A DNA stretch of 64,000 nucleotides from Octopus vulgaris (Eukaryota): assembly GCA_951406725.2 (NCBI GenBank), contig OX597817.1, positions 37,882,001-37,946,000 of the forward strand. Direction: 5' to 3'. The translations under genes were made by a program, and so were the position numbers. Of this stretch, positions 40,353-53,010 are shown piece by piece (the first letter of the stretch is position 1; each line of letters opens with the position of its first letter). The notes below the pieces were generated by a model. It saw only the letters and a list, made by a program, of their open reading frames with translations. It had not been told where the DNA came from and did no database searches.

Positions 40353-41077
40353 TACAGAAATTGTGTTGCCCATCATATGTATGCATCTTTGTTCTTCTTC
40401 CACTGCTTGACAACCAATGTTGGTTTGTTTACGTCCTCATAACATAGGGATTCCACAAATGAAACTGATAGGATCAGACTTCAAAAATAAGTATGGGGTT
40501 GATTTGTTTGGCTAAAACCTTTCAAAGTGGTGCTCCAGCATGACTACATTCCAATAAATGAAACAAGTGAAAGGCAAAAAATAAAGATAGTTGAAACTGT
40601 GATTTAAAAATGAATGAAAAATTTCAATCTTAACTTCATTTTTTGTTTCTTTTTTTCCTTTGTTTGCTTGGAAACTCAAACATTTGCTCCCATTTATAAA
40701 ACAGATTATTTATAACTTGCTGCTGCAATTTTTAACATGATTCTTGTTGGTCATTGTTTAATTCTAAACCCTGGCCAAGCAAACCTAAGATCAGTTACTT
40801 CTACAACATGTTCGTAGTAACACTTTACTACATCATGTTAACACAGAACAAATGGATTCAGATACACCATGAACACCCACTACAGAGGATGCAGATAGCC
40901 ACAATGGCCAAACATGCATTGGGAACAAATGGTGTAACTGTGTCTTATATTTGTCATATTATTTTCCTATATTTGCTCTGTATATTGTGACAAATAATAC
41001 TATTAAGTACACTAATAACCAGTAGCAGTCATACATCTAACTGTACACACAAGGAATATTTTGTGTGTATGTGTGTG

Positions 41078-41722
41078 CAGGTATAGCTGTGTGGTAAGAC
41101 GCTTCCCAACCACATGGTTCTGGCTTCAGTCCCTCTGTGTGACATCTTGGGCAAGTATCTTCTACCATAGCCTTGGGCTAACCAAAGCCTTGTGAGTGGA
41201 TTTGGTAGACGGAAACTGAAAGAAGCTCGTGTGTGTGTGTGTGTGTATGTATGTATATATGTATATACTATATATATATATATCATTATCATCAACATTT
41301 AACGTCTGCTTTACATGCTAGCATGGGTTGGACGATTTGACTGAGGACTGGCGAACCAGATGGCTGCACCAGGCTCCAATCTGATCTGGCAGAGTTTCTA
41401 CAACTGGATGCCTTTCCTAACGCCAACCACTCCGAGAGTGTAGTGGGTGCTTTTATGTGCCACCGGCATGAGGGCCAATCTGGCTGTACTGGCAACGGCC
41501 ACGCTCATGATGGTGTGTGTGTGTCTCTATTCCTCTCTACCACTCGTCAAACTAGTGGTGTGTCTACGGTCTTGTAATGTAGCAGTTCAGCAAAAAAGAC
41601 CAATAAAATAATACCAGGCTTAAAAAAACAAAATGGCTCCTGGGGTTGATTTGTTTGACTAAAATCCTTCAAATGGTGCCACAGCATGGCCACATTCAAA
41701 TGATTGAAACAAGTAAAAGATT
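41078..41722 (+). mobile_element. Family-A SINE interrupted in its TA tract by an antisense RTE tail (about 41282-41512)
   Basis: SINE head to 41280, reverse-oriented RTE terminal segment, then the SINE 3' half. Confidence 0.8.
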
Positions 41723-42339
41723 AAAAATATATATCTGGGTGAGTAGATGGGTGTTTGTGTTTCTCTGTTTAACTTTGTGTTATGATTGTAAATAGGTGTG
41801 TCATTATCATGCAAGTAATGTTGTTCATTTCCGGTGTTCGGTGAAAACATATCTGTCTAGGGAGAAAAAATATTACCTTACTTGGAAACAGGTGAAGGTT
41901 GATGGCAGGAAGGGCATTCAGTCATAGAAAATCTGCCTCAACAAATTCCATTTGAGTCCTGCAAACATGGAGAAATAGATGTTAATATGTCGATGACAAT
42001 TATCTAGCTATCCATCCATCATACTTTTGCACCTACTGTCTGCGAGATTTCACTGAAATGGTAAGGTTAGTCCATGGCTGTAGTAGAAGATATTTGCCCA
42101 AAGTACCATGTTGTGGTATCATACCTGGAAGTATGTGGTCAGAAAGGGGACATTTTAACTGGACAGCCATACTGCCTTCTACATACTTCCATGCTAATAT
42201 GATATGGTCCATAAAATCACTGTAAATTCTTGGCATTTATTCTTTTCTTTTTCGGACTATCAATAATTGTGATTTCCAACATATTGATTTTGTTATCTGA
42301 TGGCTTTTCTTTCTTACTTTGTTTTTGTATCTTTTCTAG

Positions 42340-42436
42340 ACTAATCCAAAGGAACCTAGTGAAGATGTGAAAGAAGAGACTCAACTGCTGGTTACCGAAA
42401 GCATGGAAACTACTAGAGAGGGGACAACTGACTTAA
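42340..42436 (+). CDS. Probable internal coding exon (TNPKEPSEDVKEETQLLVTESMETTREGTTDL), unidentified gene
   Basis: Polypyrimidine tract of about 35 nt ending TTTTCTAG|, purine-rich 97-nt body with only one open frame, donor TAA|GTATGT; phase 0 in, phase 1 out. Confidence 0.6.
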
Positions 42437-42907
42437 GTATGTAATTTGATTATTTGAGTTTCATTTTGTACTAAACTTGAACAAGGCACAATAATAGCAC
42501 ATACGTCTGCATTTAGGAGTATCTGTGATTATGAGCAGTAATCTTGAGGTAATTACTGTTGGGAAAGAAAAGGTACACTAAAGTTGATACAACATTGGTT
42601 AGTCAGAGTTCATCACTAGTATAGAGCAGTCTAACATTAAACTTATTCTGATCTGAGAGATAAAAAAAGCTTTAGATTGGTAACTTAGCTTAGAGATTCT
42701 CATAGCTAAAGGCCTCAATGATGTCAAGAGCAATGATGTTGCTTTTTCAGAAGTTCTCAAGGACTACAGACCACTGGTGTATAATTAAGGCTCTTGTGGG
42801 TACCATATTGTTGATTACGGGGAAAGGAAACAGAATCAAGTAAATGTTGTTGTTTAAACCCTGATCAAGCAGACCAATGATCAAATATAATCCAGCCATG
42901 ACTATTT

Positions 42908-42965
42908 TCTCTCTCTCTCTCTCTCTCTTTTTCTTTCTCTCTCTATCTCTCTCTCTCTTTTTCTT

Positions 42966-43020
<55 letters not shown>
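42908..43020. repeat. (CT)n-(CA)n compound microsatellite
   Basis: Directly visible. Confidence 0.95.
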
Positions 43021-43022
<2 letters not shown>

Positions 43023-43502
43023 GACAGTGCATGCAAGACTACACTATCCAATGTGCCGCTCTTTTCTAAGATGACAGGGTGTAATTCAAGACACATTTAG
43101 CTGCTATTTCTTGCAGGCTGTGTGACCACTTAAGCTCCCATCTTTTCTTTCATACCATCTCACTATTTTTTCTATCACTGTCTCACACATGCTCATTCCT
43201 ATTCACAGTACTATCACATTGTTTTTCCTATCATGTTCTCACTTCTCTTTCACTAATCTCACTCTCACCTACCCAATACACTATCTATTTGCTTCCTATA
43301 TTGCACACTTGCTCTCCTCTCTGACTAATTCTTCTGTCCTTCCTCTTGGTAATATTGCATTGAAAATAAGAACGTGATAATTTTTAGTCTTGGGGGTCGC
43401 AAGAAGGCGCATGGCTTTGTATCTACGGTATTCGGTTCACAGCCTTGCCAAAGACATCCTGGCATAGAAGCCATGCCAAAAAATGGACTATTTTGAGCAA
43501 GA

Positions 43503-43800
43503 CATAGCCAGTGCTGTTGGACTGGCTCCTGTGCAGGTGGCACATAAAAAATACCATTTGAGCGAGGCTGTTGCCAGTACCGCCTGACTGACCCTTGTGC
43601 CAGTGGCACATAAAAGCACCCACTACACTCTCGGAGTGGTTGGCGTTAGGAACGGCATCCAGCTGTCAAAACTCTGCCAGATCAGATTAGAGCCTGGTGC
43701 AGCCATCTGGTTCGCCAGTCCTCAGTGAAATCGTCCAACCCATACTAGCATGGAAAGCGGACGTTAAACGATGATGATGATGATGATGGTGATGATGATG
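43503..43800 (+). mobile_element. RTE 3' UTR fragment
   Basis: 2 array units, terminal segment and (GAT)n. Confidence 0.85.
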
Positions 43801-45281
43801 TCTATGAGAGTGGTAACTCTAAATAAGGTTTAAATAAAATCATGACAACCTATCACATCAATGCTAGCATAGAAAGTGAGTGTGAAAATAAATATACACC
43901 TTGGGTAAATGTTTTCTGCAGCAGCTCCAGACCAATCTAACCATTATGAATGGATTTGATAGATGGAAGCTGAAAGGTCATTGTGTGTGTGTGCTTGTAT
44001 GTGTGTGTATAATGTGTGTATGCTTGTGTACTGTTGTTCTGACAGGACCATTATACAAGCTATGATGTGCATTTTCAGTTTTCATGGGAAAACATGCCTG
44101 ACCATGGGAAATGTTACCTTTCTTGGAAATAGGTGAGGGTTGGCGGCAGGAAAGGCATCTGGACATAGAAAATTTACTTCAACAAATTCCATCTCACTCA
44201 TATAAGCATGAACATGTGGATGTTAATCCTGATGATTGATCGATCATCAGTCACGTTTCTACTCACTGATAACACAATGTCTAGCTCATATTCATATCTC
44301 AACAAAGACCTTTTTGGAAATGTCTTTAAAATGAAGTATATTATCTGGTTTAATTATTTTATCTCTAATAAAAATCAGAACCTTTCTAAACACTCAGAAT
44401 TTTCATAATATCCTTTTGACATTTATTGCCTCCACTTCAGCTTACAATGTCCCCCAGTGGGGTGTTACCACCCAGGTTAAGAACCAGTCGACTAACATAC
44501 TATAAACACTATGATACAGAGTGACACATTCCAGTCATTGTGTAAACATTTCACCTCAGAATCACACCACTCAATGGTAAATTAAGCAACCAAGGAAGAC
44601 TGCACACGGTTGTGCGACCATCTAAAAATAGCAGACAACCCTCCCTCATAGTGCACCCTATTATCTTAAGGTAAGGAAGGGCACACTGGATTATGTTGTC
44701 CTAAATATAGCATCTGGAAAAACAGACAAGAAGATTACATCTGAAATATCTTTGGTGTGTGTGTGTGAGAGATAGACAGAGAGGGAGTCTGTGTGAATGT
44801 GTACATTCTAGTTTGAGCTGAGCTACAGATATTGATATTTGTTGACATTTCTGTCAACAAATCAAGCAGTGGCTGTATGCTTTCAAAGTTGACTGAAATG
44901 AAAACATACTTGAAAAATAGTTTAATGACAGGAAGTGCATTCAGCTGTAAAATCAATACCTCATTAATATTTATCCATTTAACTCATGCACACATGGAAA
45001 AAAAGCCATAAAATGATGCATGTTGAATGAACAAAATATAATATTTGTGATGTCGTTGTATTACATTCTGTAGGGAAAAATACTGCCCCCAAATTCCAGT
45101 TTTCAAAACATTTGTGATACAGTATAGTGTTTGTTATTGAAACAAAATAGATGTTAGAACTTCGATTATACTTCAGCCCTGTAAGTCAATGACAGAACAT
45201 TTGTATGGTTACATGACTTGCTAGAAACAGCAACCAAATCTACTTCTAATTGCACATCTTACTGTCTTAACTTTTTAGCAT

Positions 45282-45509
45282 TTAACCCTTTCGTTACTGT
45301 ATTTATTTTGAGATGCTCTGTGTTTCTTTCAATTACTTTAAATATAACAAAGAATTTTGTAAAATAACATAGTTATCATTAACCTAGTGACAGGAACATA
45401 AATTGTGACTAAGGTTTGGTGGAAAATTTTAATTCAAAACTTATGAAAACAAGACATTTGTACTCAGAGCTAGAGCCGGTTTTGGCCGGGTTAGTAATGA
45501 AAGGGTTAA
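45282..45509. mobile_element. Family-T1 MITE nested in the internal TTAA of a family-T2 MITE
   Basis: TTTAGCAT-TTAA[CCCTTTCGTTACT...AGTAATGAAAGGG]TTAA-ACTGGCCATATC; the host sequence resumes across the duplicated TTAA. Confidence 0.85.
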
Positions 45510-48049
45510 ACTGGCCATATCTGGAAGTTAAATTATGATAACGATGATGATGATAAATACTGGGATTAATGTAGCTGACTTGCCCACTCCTCTCAAAATT
45601 GTTGATCTTAATTCATGCAATGGACTGACATCCCATTCTAGGGGAACATTGTGCTCTCTGTTATTTATATACCACAGAAACCAGGTAAGTGGTTTTACAT
45701 GGCATCTACCTGTTTTATGTTCAAACTGACCAGATCCAGACTATTTGTAATGTCATTCTTAAAGTAAACAATCATATCATTGAAATCACAAAACTGCAAG
45801 ACAAGCCATGGTTAATCCAAAACAATGTGAATAAATAAACATCACATTTGACAAAATAATCTGAATGTTAATGGGTGAGACAAAAACAAGACATGTTGGA
45901 TAATGTAGTCCTCCATGTACAAGACCTGAAAACAACAAAAAGAAGAATGTTGAGATGGTCAGGGCTGGAATGCCTTTGATCAGGTTTATTTTTCTTAAGT
46001 CTTACGGCTCATCAGTCCACTTACCTGGTTTCTGTGGCATATAAATAGCAGAGAACACAGTGTTCCCCTAGAATAGGATGCCAGTCCATTGCATGAATTA
46101 AGGTCAGCAATTTTGAGAGGAGTGGGCAAGTCAGCTACATTAATCCCAGTATTTATCATCATCATCGTTATCATAATTTAACTTCCATTGTCCATGCTGA
46201 ATAGTTTGACCAGAGCCGGAAAGCTGGGGAGCTGCACTAGACTTCAGTCCGATTTGGCATGGTTTCTATGGCTGGATGCCCTTCCTAATGCCAGCCACTT
46301 TACAGAATGTGCTGGGTGCATTTACATAGCACCACATGGATGCTTTTATGTGGTGCTGCACAGGTGCTTTTACATGGCATTGCATGTGTGCTTTTATATG
46401 GGACCACAAGTGCTTTACCCTAGAGGGACCAGTCTTAACACATCTGCTGCAGAGTACAGGTCTTCTTGAAGACAGCATGGCACCAGGGATCTTGGTTTTA
46501 TTTTATTCACTCCGAAGGAATGAAAAGCAAGGCTGACTTTTGTGGGATTGAACTCAGAACATAAAGAGCTGGAAGAAATGTCACTAAGCAATTCTGTCAC
46601 CTTGCCACTTTACCTGTCAAGGTTTACCTGGGGGTAAGCAACAAAATGTGTAACTAGGGCCTCGTTCTCTGTTACACTGCATTTGATGCGTTTAAACCTA
46701 ATTCTGAAAATTAATTTTCTCTTGCAAATTCTTTAGCTGTTAGTGTCAATGTTACCGAGTCAACAAAGTTCCATTATGAAGTAATGATATCATTAATTCA
46801 CAACAGCTGGTTGGCTTCTGTTTCAACGAATCACAAATTTGTTGCAGCTGGAACTAATTCTATTATAAAGAATCAAGTAATCAATCAAATTGGAAACAAT
46901 TTCTCTCTCTCTCTCTCTCCCACTTTTATTTTTTATTGTTTTACTCATTTCTTCAGATGCCTTTCTTGAATTTCCTTTTAAATCATGTTAAACTTGGTAA
47001 TTAGTATTCTAGCAAAAATGACCTCGTTAATGAAATTTACTTGAGTGTAAATTACACAACGAAATAATTCTTGACACAAAGTCATCTAATTATTGCTTTT
47101 ATTTTTATTTTCGTTTTGTTTTGGTTTTTTTTTTTCTCTCTTTTGATAACGGAACTTCATTTTAATAGTTTCCTCTGTGTTATGTTCCATGCTATCAATT
47201 TCTGATTATCTTAGTAATGAAAATAATAATAATGATATTAATGATGATAATAATAATGATAATGATGGTGGTGATTATGATTATGATGACGATTGTCATC
47301 ATTGTTGTCAGCTTTTGTTGTTGTTGTTATCCTGAAAATTTATGCAATATCAATTTCTTTGTGTGGTAAGAGGAAGAAGCTTTTTTTTAGCAATTCAATG
47401 TATAACTTCTAAGAAGGAGATTGTGTGTGTGTTTTGTGGGAAAGAATAGCAAGGAGATAATTTTTAAATTGGATATTATATTTAGCATTTCATCTAGAGT
47501 TACTTTCGAATTTTGAAACCTTCAAACAATGTAGGTCAGGGAACTATCTTTATGTATTTTCATCAATTTTTACAATTTCGGTAATATTTTGACTTTGTCA
47601 TTTAGTTCTTTCTTTTCTTTTTTTTTTTTGTATTTTCTTTTTATTTCTGAATAGGCAGCGGAGGAGTTTGTGTGTGTGTGTGTGTATACACATCAACATG
47701 GATTTCTCTAAGTATTTTTAGAACATCTATTTATAATTGAGGACACATACGACTGGAAAAATTACTTAAGATTTTGATGACACATTTCACAGAACAAAAA
47801 GCTTTGCTCTTTTATTTACATATGAGCTTGTTTGTTCACAATTTGGTTATTATTTCAGTTCTATTTTGGCCAACATTATGTGTCATCCAATAGTGTTGCA
47901 ATGTAAAATAAAGTGTCTTGCTCAAGGACACAGTGTGCTGCCAGGAACCAAACTCACATCCTTGTGATCTTGAGCCAAATACCCTAACCACTAAGTCACA
48001 TGCCTTCACTACATATATATGTGTGTGTCTGTGTGTATATGTATATATA

Positions 48050-48400
48050 GGGAGAGTTTACGAAAAAAACAAAAGACGAAGTGTACAAAACAAACAGATG
48101 TATTAGTATAATGCTCAGGATTAGAAAGAGTCTTTTACGTTTTGAGCCTACGCTCTTCTACAGAAAGGGACACAGAAAAAACAGGGAGAGAAAAAAAATG
48201 TGTGTAGTGACTAATGATCTATCATGAAGAAATTGAAATCAACAAGAGGGAATATGGTTGGACAGTTATTTTTTTAATCACTACAATTGTTTTCACACAG
48301 TGTAGTTCTCCATATATACAGGTACTTGATTATGCAACTGTTTGTTTGTGTAATGAGATCTAGTTGTGTTTCCTCAGGTGATATTCAAGTGTGCTAGTAG
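48050..48400 (-). mobile_element. Penelope-like/retrozyme-like remnant(s) carrying two degenerate hammerhead motifs
   Basis: Motifs at 48132-48167 and 48277-48382 on the minus strand (see findings); abuts a TA/TG tract. Element class is inferred from the motifs only. Confidence 0.45.
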
Positions 48401-48551
48401 ATATCTCTGTTAGTTTAAAATCTTTGACTTCAAGGCTATCCCATCTATCTGTCTTGTTTTGAATTAAGTAGTAACTGGTGTAGTGGCATTTCAAATTCTA
48501 CTGAGTTGTACTTTACCCTTCATCCTTTTACAGTTGAGCGTCACCTTACTA

Positions 48552-48901
48552 TCGTTACCAGCGTCGCCTTACTGGAACTTGTGCTGGTGGTACGTGAAAA
48601 AACATTTGAGCGAGATTGTTGCCAGTCCCGCTGGACTGGCTCTTGTTTAGGTGGCACATAAAAAGCACCATTTGAGTGTGGCCATTGCCAGTACTGCCTG
48701 ACTGGCCCTTGTACCAGTGGCACATAAAAGCACCCACTACGCTCTCGGAGTGGTTGGCATTAGGAAGGGCATCCAGCTGTAGAAACTCTCCCAGATCAAG
48801 ATTGGAGCCTGGTGCAGCCATCTGGTTTGCCAGTCCTCAGTCAATTCGTCCAACCCATGCTAGCATGGAAAGCAGACATTAAACAATGATGATGATGATG
48901 A
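48552..48901 (+). mobile_element. RTE 3' UTR fragment (3 units) inserted in a family-B SINE
   Basis: Same units and tail as 11812-12210; SINE-B sequence on both sides. Confidence 0.8.
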
Positions 48902-49317
48902 GCAGTGGGGTTCATGTAATTGACTTACCTCTACCTGGAAATTTCTGGTTTTGGTCAAAATTTGAAACTAATATAGCAATTCATTGCTGATGCAATAGTT
49001 GTGATGATGGTGATGGACATGCTGTTTGATGTGGAAGGTAGTGTTACATGAAGTTGTGGTGGTAGTAGTTATGGTCATTGACTCTGTTGTGGTGGTAGAT
49101 GTTGGTGTAGTGGTGACCTATATAGTCATGGTAGTATTGGTAGTTGTGGTGGCAGTGCTTATGCTTTACAATGTGGCTGCCATTGTTATGTAAGTTTTGT
49201 GGTTGTGTTACAAGATGCAGTTGTGTTACCATGGTGCTAGTAGATATTTTTGTATCAGTGCTGGTGATAGATCTGGTTGTTGGTGTTACAGGTTGTTTAT
49301 CAGTGTTGGCAACAGCT

Positions 49318-49487
<170 letters not shown>

Positions 49488-50791
49488 TGTTGCTGTTGTT
49501 GTTTGGCAGTGATGGTGTTGGCAGATGAAATAGAAGCAGTGGAATATATGTTGATGAATGGCAGCTGACTATTCTCTTTGTATCTAATTCCTTGAGTTGA
49601 GTGAAGCAATTCATTGGAACTGTTACTAGTTGTTTCTCAACAAGATGTTCTGTCATAAATACCTAGCTTAGATTCAGTTCAGAATGGATGATGGTCAACA
49701 ACTATTTTTCATTGTAATTAAATGCAAAATCCACATGAATTGAGATTTTCATCTTTTCAGAAGTGTCTTTAAAATCATGTGGGTTCACCAATTGCCTTAT
49801 GTTTGCGTCCTTATAAAATCTATAGTTTTGGAGGTTCTGTTTTTCATGAGGTGGCCAGGCATGGCTGCATGGATAAGAAGCTTGCCTCTCCACCATGTGG
49901 TCTTGGTTCAGTCATGCTGCATGAGATCTTGGGAAAGTGTCTTCTACTATAGCCCTGGGTCAACCAAAGCCTTTTGAGTGGATTTTGGATTTGGTAGTTG
50001 GAAACTGAGAGAAGCTCATCTTGTGTGTATGTGCATGTGTGTATCTGACCTACAATCAAAGGCATTCCAGCTTTGACCATTTCATCTCATTTTTCAAACA
50101 TTTAGGAGTTTATTGTCAAGTATCTCCTTCTTTAAAGACAGTGGGATGAGCAATTACATTGAAGCTGCCTTGTTGGCCCCTCTGTAAGTCTGATGTTATG
50201 TAGACCCAGGTCAGCCTTGGGCACATAGGTAATTAGCCAAACGATGTGGTGTGGCTCACTGATCAATCTTTCCAGTCATAGCTTATCTTTGTCTAGCTAA
50301 GGACTACACTGTACACTCCAATATGAACAAATAAGTTGTACAAAGTGCAGTGGACATTCTGGACATATTACACTCTTTCCACTGTCCTCTCTATTCCTCT
50401 ACACACACACATATATACACACACACAAATATACACACACACATACACACATACATACATATACATACACACACATACATACATATATACGCACACATAT
50501 ATACACACATAGATACATGCATATGTACGCACATACACATGTACATACACATACATGCATATGTACACGCACACACACACATGTACACACATACCCAAAT
50601 TGTGTGTATGTACAAGCTTCTTTCAGTTTCCATCTACCAAATTTACTCGTAAGGCCTTTGTTGACTCAGACCTATAATGGAAGACTCATGCCCAATGTGA
50701 TGCACAGTAGAACTGAATGTGAAACTTTGTGGTTGTGAAGTGAATTCCTTAACTACATAGCTATGTGTATGTCTAAGGCCACATCTGGGCT

Positions 50792-50854
<63 letters not shown>

Positions 50855-51137
50855 GTGTGTGTTTCTAGTTTTATTTTAAAAGCCTGCATTTCTAGTATTT
50901 TTCCCTTATTTGTTTATAAATGTTATTTCTGATATGTATGCTAAAAGGACTTGTCTAATTTGATTTGAACATATTTGGAATGGTGGGTGTCTGTTTTCTA
51001 ATAGTAAGAATATTTCCTGAATTATTATTACATGGATGCCATAAGTGATGGTAAAATCTTTTAATTCCATAAAAACTACAAATGTGGGTTTAGTGCTCTT
51101 AGTAATGTCACTGCTAAATGTTTAGATTTATTCTTTG

Positions 51138-51367
51138 TTAACCCTTTTGATACCAACCCACATGAAACCACCTCTAGCTCTGTAGTACAAATGTCTTGTT
51201 TTCAAAAGTTCTGAATTAAAATCTTCCACCAAATCTTAGTCACAATTTGTGTTCCTGACACTAGCTTAATGATAACAAGGTTATTGTACTAAATTCTTTA
51301 TCATATTCAAAATTAATTGAAAGAAACACAGAGCATCTCAAAAGAAATACTGTAACAAACTGGTTAT
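51138..51367. mobile_element. Family-T1 MITE, opposite orientation to 13268
   Basis: TTAACCCTTTTGATACCAACC start; body is the reverse complement of 13268-13496; another degraded copy at about 63345-63585. Confidence 0.75.
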
Positions 51368-52816
51368 TGTAACAATGAATTGTGTCCCTTGCATGAGCGA
51401 TTGGTCTTCTGTTTTAAATAGTTTCCTTTCATTGTGTGTGTTAAACTATTCCTGTTTACATTTTTCATAGTTATTTGCAATTTGTTGTGACTAGAATAGG
51501 AGTTTCAGGAAGGATTGGCTTAAAGTACAATGACCATAATATATTTCTCTATATGGTTATTTCTTTGTATACATTAAATATAGTCCTCTATTATTGTGTT
51601 TGTGTTGTTGTTGTTGTTGATGGTGGTGGAGGTAGTAGTGTTGCATGCATTCTTGATAAACCTTACTTGAGTCATTGTTTGGTGACTGTGTAGTTTGTTG
51701 TTGTTGGTGGTAGCAGTGTTGGTAAAGGTGTTTGAATGTATGTAAAAAAGAAATCTGAATGCATGTTTGATATAAAAGGTAGTATGAAAATGCTCTTGAC
51801 AGCTTTTTGTTAGTACTAGCCTTATGATCACATTCAGTGGATGTATGATTAATTATTCCTGGGGCAGGATTACGATATGCCACAACTAACATTCCAAGAT
51901 CTTCCTCATGCCATCAAGTTATCAAATGGCCCCTAGTGACTCCTTGAGAAGTGCTGTGTGCTTATCAGTGAATTTTAATGGAGAAAATGCAAAGTTAGTT
52001 TCCTGTTGACTTCCTTTAGGAACTGTTTTAGCTTCATCATGTCTACTAGAAATGTGATTCTTAGGCTGAAAAACACCAGCAGCCCTTCAACCCACAAAAA
52101 GAAATACTGGTGAAATTTTTTGACATCCTAACCTCTATATAAATACATCTGCATAAATCCATTATTTGTCATTGTGGTGGACATGTTTAAAAACTTTAAA
52201 ATATTTCAATTTTATTCAACATGGTAATTTGTCCACCTCCTTTACAATCCTTACAGGCCTTCTCATTGAGAAATGGCTTGGCTCTCCGTCAATTATAATG
52301 ACAAGTATTCCAGTTGGATCTGATCACCAGCACAGCCTACTCATGAAATTAATGTACAAGTGTCAGAGCTCTCTACAGACATGCATACCCTTAACATAGT
52401 TCTCAGGTAGATTCAGTGTGACACAGAATGACAAAGCTGGCACTTTTGAATTACAGATACAATTTATTTTTGCTAGCTGAGTGGTCTGGAGTAACGTGGA
52501 ATAAAGTATCTTGTTCAAGGGCACAACATGCTATCAAGAATTGAACTAACAACCTTACAATCATCAGTCGAATTCCCTAATCACTAAACCGTGTGCTTTC
52601 CATGAGAAACACTGGGCTAAACACAGATGATTTAGTTAAAGTTGCCCGAACACTTAAAACATAAAAAGGCACACAAATATCAGGAAGCATTTTGTCAAAT
52701 GCTGTGATAATTCTGTTTGGACTGGTATTTATTTATTGACACTGGAAGGATGGAAGGGAAAGTTTATCTTAGTGTGATCTGAACTCAGAATGCATAGAAC
52801 TAGCACAAGTACTGCA

Positions 52817-53010
52817 GTGGAGGCGCAATGATCCAGTGGTTAAGGCAGTGGACTCACGGTTGTAAGAACGCGGTTTCAATTCCCAGACTGGGCATTGTGA
52901 GTGTTTATTGAGCAAAAGCACTTAAGCTCCATGAGGCTCCGGCAGGGAGGTGGTGGTGAACCCCACTGTACTCTTTCACCACAATTTTCTCTCACTCTTT
53001 CTTCCTACTT
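52817..53010 (+). mobile_element. Family-D tRNA SINE, 3'-truncated
   Basis: Homologous to 1938-2155; homology stops at about 53008. Confidence 0.7.

Noticed and set aside
46650-47110. Enhancer (TAAT clusters, two CAGCTG E-boxes)
   Set aside because: Short motifs are expected by chance in AT-rich DNA; cannot be supported without conservation data.
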